Assembly (NCBI GenBank): GCA_963924565.1
Contig: OZ004613.1
Coordinates: forward strand, 6,634,001-6,698,000
DNA from: Ascidiella aspersa
Lineage: Eukaryota
Length of the DNA stretch: 64,000 bases
Reading direction: 5' to 3'
How positions within the stretch are numbered: the stretch's first letter is position 1; every line of letters starts with the position of its first letter. Position numbers and translations under genes: made by a program. Below are positions 1-12,600 of the stretch, piece by piece. Below the pieces are notes generated by a model. That model did not search any database, was not told where the DNA came from, and saw only the letters and a list, made by a program, of their open reading frames with translations.

Positions 1-21
1 CAGTCTCCCAAAAAGACTTAC

Positions 22-48
22 TTGATGTCGGTTTAAGGGGTCGGCCAT
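22..48 (-). CDS. First coding exon (MADPLNRHQ) of a gene continuing off the left edge; possibly an NLR paralog
   Basis: ACGAAATGGCC start context; GTAAGT donor at 21-16 (phase 0); upstream TTTTACAG acceptor at 108-107; a further GTAAGT donor at 267-262 implies a 5'UTR intron. Confidence 0.55.
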
Positions 49-1342
49 TTCGTTGTTGCTGCTTTGCTGGCAATTCGATAAACAGTTATAACAAGCTTTA
101 ACTTTTCTGTAAAATGAAATACACTATCAGGTTAGATGAGAAACGTTACTTAATTAAAAATTTGCTCAAAAACTATTGCTGAAAAGCCATGTTCGCGGCC
201 TAAAGTATAAAGCACGGATAGGTCGAAAAGAACTGTGGACCAAACTCAGGTCAACGTGAGCACTTACTGCCGACCAGAATGACGCTTTATACGGATCGGC
301 GCCAATACTTATATCAGCCATTCATTTAAACTAAAGTTCCGTCGTTATATGAACACGATGACTTTTGTTGTATGTTAATTATGTTCTTTTTAATATTTTT
401 GATATCGTGGACTATTTTTGGCAAGGGCTGAACATCTGGGCACAAAGGCGCCACGTTGTCTCTTTTGCAACCTGAAACGAATCAAAGGTTGCTGCTATGT
501 TACGGGTTACAAAAAGCTCAATCTGTTTTCTTCAGCTTTAATAACATAGGGTTGGTTCGGAAAACGCATGGGCGACTAATTTTGCACTTGGATAAACTGC
601 TATTTGGTTTGTAATACTAGAAATTTATCGAAGTGCATATTGTGGGAAAAAATGAATTTAAACGCCATTAATTGTAAGAACTGGGATATGTTATTTTTTT
701 AAACCATCCAATCCAGTTTTTATTCAAAGCCGTTTTTCCGATGATATGAAGTTTTTTGAGTGAAGTAGCTACCATAAAGCAGTCAGGTTTTTAGGAATAA
801 AGATTTTTTCTTTCGGTGTTTTAAAGAATATAACAGTTTTGTAAAAAATAATAGGATTTTTGACAAAGTTTGGGTATAAGAAACATTGTTAAATTTAAAT
901 TTAGATTTTGTAAACCTCTACAAAAGCTAACCACTAAATACTTATATTTCACAACATGTAAAGGGTAAATTTAATCGATCATTGCTTAAAATGCTTGTTC
1001 CTGTTTTGACCAACACAGTAAACACAGCGACTGTGTTTTTTCAATCAACAACTAGAAAGTGTTGGACAAGGAACGAGCTGGAACGTGACTCTTCACAATG
1101 ACTGGGGCTAAATATACGACACGCTGTCTCGGCGTCCTTGGAACCCGAAACTATTCAACGGCGGTTGTTTTTATTTTGAAGGTTTTTGTTGTTGGATACG
1201 CAACCGTATGTCCCCAGCAGTTCTCTTTATTTTGGCTGAATCGCTATTGAGAAGCTGTTTTAATGCCCTTGCTAAATTTGTGCACCGCAGCCGACGATAT
1301 CGCCCGAAAAAACCGAAATAATTTTTAATTAGGTATAGTAAG

Positions 1343-1449
1343 AATATCAAAGCCCATACAGAAGTAGGTATAATTTTGATGTTAAAATTTAACAACAAAA
1401 TGTTTAAAACATTCAAAATGATACCCACTTCTGTATGGGCTTTGATATT
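1343..1449. repeat. 107-bp inverted repeat (hairpin)
   Basis: Arms 1343-1379 and 1413-1449 are reverse complements at 35/37 positions. Confidence 0.85.
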
Positions 1450-3649
1450 GTTATTACGCTTTACTACAACCTCCAACCAATATGCTCCAAACTTTTGAAT
1501 TACATTATTCACTGTTGTAAACGTTTCAAACACGAAACTGTTGTTAATGAAATCATATTTTTGTTTTTTTAAATGAGCTAAAATTACTTACTGCCTACCT
1601 CCGGACGCGGTTCAGTGTCCCCTTTTGGCATTAGTTGCTGAATATTTAAAAAAACAATGTTCTGAGTTGCTTTTCCCGTAATCCAATCGTAAGACAGGAT
1701 GCTAAGCAGGGCCCAAGATTTTCGGCGTAACAGTCATACGAATTACAAATACACTAATAGATTTCGCGTGAGCAAGGAACATCACAAGCATTTTGCTATT
1801 CGACTACCTTTTCGCATAATGTCGGCCACTATAGTATAAATATATTTAAATAATTCTTAGTTGTCGTAATTGCCGTGTTTTATATTGCGAATAAACAATG
1901 GAAATTGGCTGTACAACAAATTTTTGACAATTGGCTAAATAACAAATTTAGTGTTTTTGTGAGGCTTATGTGCCATTTCTTATTAGGTCACTTGCCACAT
2001 TTGGCACGCGTGCCGCGTGCTAGACAACCCTGGCTTGGTGTTATTATGTAGTGGTGGGCCGCGTGATAGCTGTACATTTCTTACACTTAATTTTAAAAGT
2101 TCGTGTTGCTAATAATTTTTATATGGTCTAGGCATGGTTAAGATCCACGTGCCAAATGTGGTCCTGAGAGCATGTCGAACTAAATATTTTGCCAACTTTA
2201 ATGGTTCGCGTGTATACTTTTCGTTTTGTGATATGTTTTACATTATGGTATGTCAGTGCTTTGGGCATCAAACGTCGTGTAATAATTCACGTCAAAAACA
2301 AATATCTTGAATCCACCAGTTTTTTCGTAGTGGTTTTACATAGCGGGCCTTTAATAGCTTTGAAAAGAGTGCTCGACAAAAAAGTATGGCGATCAATAGT
2401 GTTGTAAATAAACGAGTGGCTGCAAACGTAGCTTACTACCGGCGTATTTCTAATATGCTGCAGCTGTATCACTTCAAACTTAGTCCAACAATCAATTTAC
2501 CATTTAAAAAACAAAAACGATGACTAGATGTTTTATATAACAAGATTTTTGTTAGCAAAACAAGCGTGAATTGTCTTTTTTGGGGGTAGCCAACACGTCG
2601 ATTGCCACATTTCACCTGATTTATCGCGTCGAATATGTTTTACGACTAGCTGTCGCGCAAAAGCGAAACATTAAAATGATCATTTGTTGCCTGGACAAGT
2701 CTAATAAAGCGGTCTTTGACGTAAAGAAATAACCTACATCGATGGCTTGGAATACATTAAACGCTCAAAGTGTTTAATAAGTATTATTGTAGCTTTTTTA
2801 CTGAACCAGTCGATCGCGTGTCTCTACAAAATACTTCAGTTGATTGCAATTAAACATTAGCTAGCTACACCTGGTCTATTAGGCATATTGGTAAACTAAA
2901 ATATAAAATACATTTACAGTATATCTTGGCGTAAACAACTGATTATGCTTTTATTACAACATAAAATTTAGGGTTTTCTAACTATTAAAACGCTAAACAC
3001 AATAAGATTCGTTGAATTTAGGTATAGTTTTCGTGGCCGTTACACCTTCAAAACGGCAGGCCAACTTTTTCTCTTATCAAATAATTCTCAATGTGTGTCG
3101 CGTGACGTCATACCCGTGTCGCTTTAAGTTCAGTTTGTGTCGCGTGTCGCTGCAAAATTTAATTGTCTGAAATAGACATTTAAAATATAGTTAAACCGAT
3201 TTTTAATTACCAAAAATGCCTATAGGTACGCCCCTATTAAACATAACTTACAGTTGGTAAAATGCAACTCTTTAAAACTACAAATTTTAACGATTGTTCA
3301 TCAGTTAAAATTTCACCGCCCTCGGGGACTATTTTAAGCTTGGTTACGACTAAACACGCTTACTCACTCCTGCTCCATATTATTAAAATCTATGTTAAAA
3401 ATCTTATACTTGAGACTACAAAGGATTGAGATAACGTAACGTACGAGTATACTTAAACATGCATTTGCATTTATTCGACCCTGTTGTGTATGTTTAATAC
3501 ATGTCTACTAAAATTGTGACATTCAAAAATAGGCTATAAGTGTTTTAACTCAATGTATTAGTTTGTGGTTAGTTACAACACATATAAAACAGGGTTTGTA
3601 CCAATAAACGGACGCGCTGCCTGTAAACAATCCTTAACATTTGAAACAT

Positions 3650-4403
3650 TTAAGCCATAAAACCACCAGTTAATTCAAGTGTCGCTCCATTGACGTAAGA
3701 GCTTTCATCACTTGCCAGGAACAAACAAGCATTCGCAACTTCGACTGGTTTTCCAAAGCGCCCCATCGGAATCATTTCCTTCAAAAATTCCAGTCGTGAT
3801 TCGTCAGCTTTACGTAGAAGCGGTGTATCAATTAAACCAGGGGAGACAGCTTTGCACCTGACACCGTATTCACCCACTTCAATGCACGTCGTCTTTGTAA
3901 AGGCGACCAGCCCGGCTTTACTAGAAGTGTATTCCGAGCCATTTTCAAATCCCACCTTTGCCGCTGTGCTGGCGATGTTAACTATACTTTTATCCAAGTT
4001 TAAGTCGCCGGAGAAACACCTTCGTAAAATTGAAGACGCCATTTAGGTTGACGTCCATTATTTGGTTGAACAAAGCCGTGGTCGTTTCGACGATCGGAGA
4101 CATACGATCAATACCAGCGCAGTTGACTAAAACGTTGCAATTCAGTCCAAAATGAGAGTTTGTAACTGCCAAGGCCTCTGACACGGAATTCTCTTCAGCT
4201 ACATCGCATTGAATCATCCCAACTATGCCTTGATATTTGGCATTCAACTTCTCGTAGGCAGCTTTGAAAGTTTCAACATTCAAATCCACCATCATGACTT
4301 TGCAACCTTCGGCCAAAAAGCGTTCGCAAATAGCTTCCCCGATGCTCCCTGCGGCTCCAGTGACAATGCCCACTTTGCCGTTTAACCTACCAACTTGTGC
4401 CAT
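3650..4403 (-). pseudogene. HSD17B8-like classical SDR, frameshifted
   Basis: TGAAGSIG, NCAG and YTSSK motifs split over two ORFs; about 20 nt deleted near 3988-3992 relative to paralogs, giving a TAA after RRLKLG. Confidence 0.85.
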
Positions 4404-4409
4404 TATAAC

Positions 4410-4601
4410 CTGAAACGAGAAACCTCTTGACAAACAGCATAGTAAGTCGAAATGTCCGAATTGCTCTCAGGGCTGCCATTCTATATTTTGTTCTGCCTCA
4501 CCACCCATAGCATTTCCTCTACGTTTCCCCGCATTGGCGCGTTGATCTGTATCTGCGAGCCATATTATTACTATATAATGACGGTAAGTAGGATAACTTA
4601 C
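4410..4601 (-). promoter_or_regulatory. Candidate 5'UTR intron of the SDR copy
   Basis: GTAAGT at 4601-4596 and TTTCAG acceptor 6 nt before the ATG; the donor context is conserved in the homologous segment at 57661. Confidence 0.5.
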
Positions 4602-4956
4602 ATAAAGCCAATTGGCGAAAACAGTACAAATCAAACGTGCTAAATTGATCGCTGAAATATAACAGGCATCGCCGAAATGTAAAGTACACCACGAATGAGG
4701 TATTAATGTCAAAAACTGTGGGGTATAAACAACGAAAAAAGATTTGATAGGATGGTAAATTTTATAAAAAAAATTTCTCTTTCTTTACGTTTTTTTCACG
4801 TTGTCGTTTTTGATCCCATTCGCTATAGTTGTTGCTTTTGCATTTGACATCTGCAGGTGTTTTATGATTTTAGACCTATACGCTATCCTACTATTTTTAA
4901 TTTTATATTCTACTTTTTAACTATCAATATTGGCATTTTGACATGTTTGTTTTTTG

Positions 4957-5003
4957 TACAGAAACTGACGATGCCTTATAGGCGTAATATATATATTTCT
5001 GTA
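4957..5003 (+). ncRNA. Degenerate minimal type I hammerhead ribozyme (Penelope-like LTR remnant)
   Basis: Stem I TACAGAAA/TTTCTGTA, core CTGACGA, stem II GCC/GGC, GTAA in place of GAAA, palindromic ATATATAT stem III. Confidence 0.6.
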
Positions 5004-6656
5004 AGATTTTAAGAAAAGGATTTTGTGTTTTATCTGTTTTAATAAATAAACAGTCTTAAGATCTTTGGATACGAAGACAAGAATCTTTCTTTTACACTTT
5101 ATCGTCCGCGGGAGATCCTTACTTTTCTAAAGTGTTTCAGCTTGTCTTAAAACATGTCTTAAATACCATTTTGTACATTTAGTTTCATGCACGACAAAGA
5201 AAAACTAACCGGGGTTGCCAAGACTATTCATATTGCATATCAAATTGAATATAAAAAAGCATTACTAAATCACAGGGAAACAGATGCTTTTCGTGCATTG
5301 CTTGAATTAAAAATTACCGGCATGCGAAATTTAACCCATTTTCGGAATGCTAAACTGTGGGCCGGAAAAAACGCGTGCGCGGAAACTTCGATTGATTGAC
5401 AGAAATGACAATTCAAGCTGTGGCCTATATTTGTGCCTGTTTTAGCTGTTTTTTTTTTATCGCAAGTTTATTGACATACCGGCAGCGCAGAGTAAAAAGG
5501 GTCAGGTTTAAAGTGATTTATAGTTGTAAAGGGTGAACAGCAACTACTGACAAAGAACATTAATGCTGCCTAAACTTCGGCCTGCAACATTTCGTAATTT
5601 TAACGATTCGCTTTTCCAAATACCCAACATTTCACATTTGGTTTGCATTTGAAAACTGTTGCTTTTCAATCAATTATTTGATTTTTTGCAGGTAACGTAT
5701 AAAATATGTTCGTGTTGAGGAATAACAAAAGCAAGTAAGGCGACGAAACTGAACCATTAAAAAGGATGCATTTGGTTTAAAAACGAAAATGAAATATTAA
5801 AATGCCACAATGAAGCTCGTTTTTACTACAACTATAAGCGAAAATAAATTAAATTTGGTAAACAAATAAGCACGCGGGAACTTGTCTATATTGGATTATC
5901 AGCTAAAAAATCAATCGAAACTTCAAGAAATGTTAGCTGATTCAACAAATGTTAGCTGATTTTAGCCACGGTATTTAAGCAGGGCAACCCAAGTTATTGC
6001 AGTCAAAATACTAGCCACTAAAGGAGCTAGAGAGTTGTGCACGTTAACCGCAATCAATCGCTAAATAAACAAACAAGTAAGTTAAACGTTTTAGCAATAC
6101 CAAAACATAGGAAAAAATAAGGATTACTGTATGACATCCTAATTGGTAATAAGAAGTGTACAATGTACAACAAAAGCAAATATAAAACGAATATAACGAG
6201 TAACGACCGTGGAAAATGTAGTTGTACAACTGAATTTGATTTCACCGCTTTAACGAAAGCCTGCAACTCAATTTACGGCTAAGGCGCATACAATTTGATT
6301 CAAATTAGTTTTGACATTGCAACAAGCAACAGTGGTATTCAGTTATACTGCAGTGGTATTCAGTTACACTGTGGTACAGAGGGTCCTAGGGACAACCTTT
6401 AAACTATTTCTTAACCGAAAAATGCCAAACAGGATCTAGAATGATTACAATGTTATTCGCCTTGGTACATAAAACAAAATATTACAAACTAACGTAGAGA
6501 AACTAGTTTTGGTCTTCGCACATAGATTTTTGCAATTCCTAATAATTGCATTTAAACTTTCCTATCTTAAAATATTTAAAATGGAAACAATATGACGCTT
6601 TGCTGCAATCCAACTATTATTGTCGTTAAATTTCAAAGAATTATTGCAAGATGTAT

Positions 6657-9600
6657 TTATTGAAGTTGATCAAAGAATTTCGCCAACTCGGAAACGCTCC
6701 TGCTCTCTATTTGCATTGTGCTTTGTGTTGATCCCTGGAAATGCATAGTTTATCGCGTTGAATTTACTTAATTAACCTGCTATGTTATTTTGGGATTTAA
6801 ATAATGAAAGAGCAAAACCTGTCATAAATATGACGTATAACTGCACCAAAAAATAAAAATATTTACCGCCAAATGGTTTAACTTCATGATATTAACGTGT
6901 ACTAGTTTATGGGCTCCGTGAAGGCCTAATTATAAATTAGTTTAAAACTTTAAAATTGGAATACATTTTTCGAAAGAAAAAAGACTAATAAAACATCGCT
7001 TCTCATTGAATGTATTTAAGACACGATTTCAGTTTCATATCTGCTCTAATTTGAAATAAGCATGTTTTTAGGTCTACTAGTTTATGAAACTAAAACTTTT
7101 TTAGGGGTCCGCGTTAAAAAAATGTTTAAGAACTATTGGTTTAATAAATATTGTTGTGATTAACTCAAAACTTTACCTTAACAATTTCTGTGAAAAATCT
7201 ATCAGTAGGCCTAAAGTGAAAAATCTATCAGTGAATAGACCACTGATTATATATAGGCAATTGGCTTTAAAAATCACAATCAAGTGCTCACTAAATTTCG
7301 CCCGCAACTTTACGCATTACTGAGTTAATTTTGATGGTATTTGTCCACACTATAGGGAAGTGGTTCTCAACCGGGGTGCAGCTGCTGCCTGGGGTGCCAT
7401 TTCTAAATCTCAAGGGTGCCGAGAGATATTTGAGAATCTTCAAATATAATGTTTGGTCCACTCTTTCTGTACATTCTAGTGAATTACCTACTGGAAAATC
7501 TTGTGGGGGTGCCGCAATTTATTTGTTATTTCCGAAGGATGCCGCTAGCCATAAAAGGTTGAGAAACACTGCTATAGGGTATATGTGAACAAGCAAGAGT
7601 TGGTTCGCCCAGGTTAAAGGAATCTTTGCTACTTTAACGTGTATATGTTCTTACATGTTCCGCCCCTTCGTCCAAATCTTGTTCCGTGCCCTTTTCTTGA
7701 CTTTGACTTGCTTCTTGTTCTGGTGTTAGTTTCGCAACTTCAATGGCTCGCCTTTTGCGATATAACTGTTTAACACAAATTTGTCAGTGACGTAAAACCT
7801 GCGTCTCAAGTTGGAGACTGTAAAAAACACATGTGCTCTATTAAAATGTTTGAAACTTTGGCGCCTAAAATGCAGAATTTAGCAGAGAGCGCGGATATAA
7901 ATTTTTAATATTTGTTTCATAAATGCCAGATTTCCATAATATCTAAAAACATGCCAATATTTTATATGTTCCCAAAGCGTCCCGTCCCTTTCTAAGTAAA
8001 AGTATGCAATTTAAATCAATTTTGTTGAGTGTAACATAAGATTCACTTTGCATAAGATTTCACTTGTATTCTAAGATTAGCTGTTTTATGACGTAAGGTT
8101 GTGACGCAACTTTTAGGTAATCTTGTGAAATATTTTTATGACTCCGCCTCTGGATGAAACGACGCCAGTTATGGCAAAAATACCCTAAATAAATGTTTTC
8201 TTATTTCGAGTGCTTACTCTTCGTAAGGTTTCCACACCAGTTTTCTTAATGTCACATTCTTCTAGCACCAGCTCTTCTATGTTGTGGGCACAAGTGTTTA
8301 GCAAATCTGATCCTTGTGGACCCAGCTTGTTGTGACTCAGGTTCAACTTTCTCATCTGTACATAAGCATAATGTAAGAATCAAGCGAGTGTCATTTTGCA
8401 CAATCAACTTTTAAATAAAAACACTTAGTGAACTAAATTTGTTTCGGGAAAGAAACGTCGTATACTTGGACGCTAATCCGCTACTCTTGAGCAACAAAAC
8501 TTTATTTGGAATATTCCATTATTGCCTTTTTATTATATAGCACACAATTAACTGCAACAACACACACTTACAGGTCGATTCATTTTTGATATGGCGTCAG
8601 TTAGAGGCTCTAGATTGCAGCTAGCGATTTTGCAGTTCAGCAACACCAGCTGGTAGATGTTGTGTACACTTGTTGCGAGACAACTCAAAGCATATGACTC
8701 CAGTTCGCTGAAATTCAGTTCAAAAACTTCCATCTACAAAGACAAGAAGCTCGAATCGGTTGGTGTTCACCTTTTAAAGAGTTTTCATAACTTTAGCTGG
8801 TCCCGAGCCATCAACGCTAGTAAGGCCATCCCTATCCCAACACAATCCCTTCCCCAAAACACAGCATCCCTGTCCCAACACAAAAACTATATAGACGATA
8901 ATTCAAGGCTTAGGCTAAAACAGCTTGTTGATTCGTCTACTCTAATCCAAGGTTGAGGTAGTGTACTGTTATTTATAGGTTTAAAATGATCGTGGGTCGT
9001 ATGATATAGATAAATTATACTGCTGAGTGACAACATTTTTACTAAACATTTTGCGTTTAAGTATGACACACATCTGATTTGCTCAGAACATGTCATAAAT
9101 CTTTGTAGAAACAGAAATTGAGTTTGTTTTGTCAAGTGTGCTGGAAAATATTCATCCTTATATATACTGCACTATACAAGCTAAAGAAGAAGAGAATGAC
9201 TGGTAATTAAGTTAAAGAAATTCAACAAACTAAGATAAAGGAATTTATTGAACGAGCGTTAACGTTATGCGCCCAAGTTTGGCAAAAGTACAATACAAAT
9301 GACCAGCCTTGTCTTGAATTGTCACGGTTTGCAATACGACCCATGCATGTGCGGTTTGTACCTAAGGATATAGACTCATAGAAATATGTTGCTGCTACCA
9401 GGTAAGTATATACTGAAAATAAGTTATTTTGGTACTTATTTGTTTGCCATACAGACAGTTGTTAAAATATAACAACAGAGCTGGGTGTCGTTGCTCTTAT
9501 CCCTTTTTATTTTAAACGTTGGTTAGCGCATTATTATTTATTTTTTTGTTTGTTTTACTTTGCGCCGTGTTTGTTAAATTCCCTTATGAAGGCATCTTGA

Positions 9601-12600
9601 ATAAGAAGCCGCAACGTCCATGTAAACAAAAAGTACCGAAAAACTTATTTTCAGTATATACTCATATACTTGAAACTGACTTACAGGTTGATCTCTTTGT
9701 GAGATGACTTCAGTTAGGCGTTCCAGATTTGACCCAGCGATGTCGCAGTTGATCAACAACAGTCTGTTCATTTTGCTTGCACTTGTTGCCAGGCAATTCA
9801 ACTCATCTGATCTCAACATGTTCACTCTGAATTCTTCCATCTACATAAAATATTAGGGCATCGAAAGTTTTAAACTTATCGTCAAACCTGATAAATTAGC
9901 TGAATACGCGTAAAACGAAGTTCTACATCGGTTGGCAATGATAGATTTAGATTTAACTACATAGAGAAATAATATCGTCCCTACTATCAATAAATATAAG
10001 CGTATCATAGCACTTAATCATCCAGCTAAAAGCGTTTCAGTCTGTTTCAAATTTTTAATGGCCATTTTAAGAGCTTGGAAACATGACGTTTAATTGTCAT
10101 TTGTAAAGGCAAAAGTTACGGGGTTAAACCCACAAGCGCAAACGGTGACTATACATTTGTTAAATTGGCTTACTTTGTGCATTACTACTCCAGCTACCCC
10201 CAGTTTGATGGGACTTTCCCATGTAAAATAAGTGACCCACTAAGTTGCCTCTATAGGTTGCTCGCGTCCCCGTTTGGCATCTCAGGCCGTTAGACTCAAT
10301 CAACTTGACTGTGTCAATATTGACCGTTTTGACTAAACCATATCAATTGTTGCCCGTACGATGACTTACAGGTGTTTCTCTGCGTGCGATTGCTGCAGTA
10401 AGAACTTCGAAGCCGGACAGATCGTTCGTGTTGTCCAACCACAGGCGGTTTATCTTATGGACGCAGGTGGACAAGGCAGTGAAGTCATCTAATCCTGTTG
10501 TTCTCACACCTACTTGATCCATCTACAAAATAACAAAAATATATTTTAAATAGAGCGCCGTTCAGATAGATGAGGTGTTCTTAAACTTATGCACCGATAT
10601 GTTCGTGTCACCCGCCACTGCTGGCGTACTTGTGTCACTGTCGCGGCTTAAAAAGAGTAGATTCGCTCACTGAAGGAAATACATTGTAAGTTTTGCTAAA
10701 TAGACTGTTAAGAGATAGGTCGTGCCTTGGTCTAAAATGCGTATCCATGTAAAGAAAATATTTCTCATCCATATGAATCTTACTTTTAAAAACAACAAAA
10801 TAAAAAGCGTGTTTTTTTATCGAAAGAATAATTAGGTGAATTCGTTTTATAGTTGTTTTTACAAATATCTTACCAAGCAATAAAAAATGAGTTTTTAAAT
10901 AAATCCAAGTTAAGCAGTATACAATAGCCTATATACTTCCTATATACGTGCTAAAGTTGTAATTTTCAAGCAGTTGTTAACCTGCATGTGGGTTATTTCA
11001 ACGTGATAAGTGCATGGGTGAAGTAAAAGTTTTCATGGCCGTAATTTACAATGACATATTACGCTTTGTACGCTGTTACGCTTTGTACGATCTTAAAAAA
11101 GTGTTTCGATTTTTCTATGGATCTATGTCCGTTAATGCTTTTCCTTATTATTTCAGGCATGAAACAAATCATTCAGTGGCTAGAAAAGTTTTTGACCTAG
11201 CGGACTCCTTTTGGTGTATATTTTATATTTAAAATATGTTCAACCTTAAAACTTCCGACTGCAACGACGCCACCAGGCTTCGCAGAATTTTTATGACGAA
11301 AACCAACAAAATTGCTGTTTGTAGGGTTACTTACAGGTGTTTCTCTGCGTGCGATGGCTTCAGTAAGCACCTTTAAACCAGATATGTCACCCGTGTTGTT
11401 CAACCAGAGACGTTTTATCTCATGAACGCTGGTTGACAAGGCAGTGAAGTCACGTGTTCCAGTTGTCGTCAGACATACTTCCTCCAGCTACAAAATAACA
11501 ACAAGAGATGTTAGAAAAACCGGGGTCCCACATAAATCAGGTGTTTTCAAAAATGTGGTCGGTTCCCGCTATTGCTTTAAAGCTACCCGGTCTTGAGACA
11601 CATTTTCCAGCTACTTCGGGTTTTAACAGTCCATCAATGAATAAAGACATATTTGAAACGTTTAAAATGTTCCCTATACTTTATGCCTTTATCAAACTTC
11701 TGTCAAGGTTTATATGTTGGGTCTGGTAACGAATTTACTGGTTTTATTGCATTTCAAAGCGACGAATTCCAAAAATGTGTCATTAAACTCGTAAACAAAG
11801 GAAAAAGCAAACGGCAAGATAAGAAAAAAAGAAAACGTTAACAAACCTTGTGTTTGGTTTGCGCCATTGTCTCCAGTAACATTTTTAAACCGTTGCCAGT
11901 AAATGTGACTGAAGAAATAAAAGAGACGTTGCCGATGCTGATGACCAGCTCCCTTTGTGTTGCTCGAAGCACGTGACAGAGACTTGACACTTCACTGGGA
12001 AGGATAGTTCCACCCTCTATACGAAGCTCTTCGGGAAGAAAATCAGCCACTTCGGCATTGATTTCTTTATCGTTTAATTCCTGCGCCAAACTGCAAAGCT
12101 TAAACAAATTGGAGTTAAAGCTTTTGCCAGCGTTTGATAAAAGTTGAGATCCAAGCGAATCAATTAGGCCTTTGAGCATTTTTTTCTTGCTGGCAACATC
12201 ATCAGGCGAAATTTTAAAAATAGGCTTTAGCTTTAGTTGGATTCCCGTGTTAAGCAAACCGAAAAGAAACCGAAGAACCATTTCCCACGTATTACTTTCC
12301 AACTTTTTTAACAGCCCAGAAAATGTGGACAGGTCTGTATCGAACAACAGCTTAATTGATGTAAAAAACTCTTGCCACAGAAGATGAATGAAGAAGAACG
12401 CTTTATCCCCTTCCAGTATACAAAGATTAAGGTCGCTGGAAAAAACTTGCATGTTGAGAAAGTCCTCCAATCCTTCACTATCAAGTTCAACGTCATCGAA
12501 ATCTTTCTTTTCGAACATGATTTTGTCATTGAGCATTCCGTTTAAAGCCAGGTCAGAAAGTTGGCGCAAAATTGTGGGGTGTTCTTTAAATTTAGGTGAG

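Noticed and set aside
3988-3992. Programmed frameshift or micro-intron rescuing the first SDR
   Set aside because: Sequence is missing relative to paralogs, with no slippery site or GT-AG pair; a simple deletion explains it
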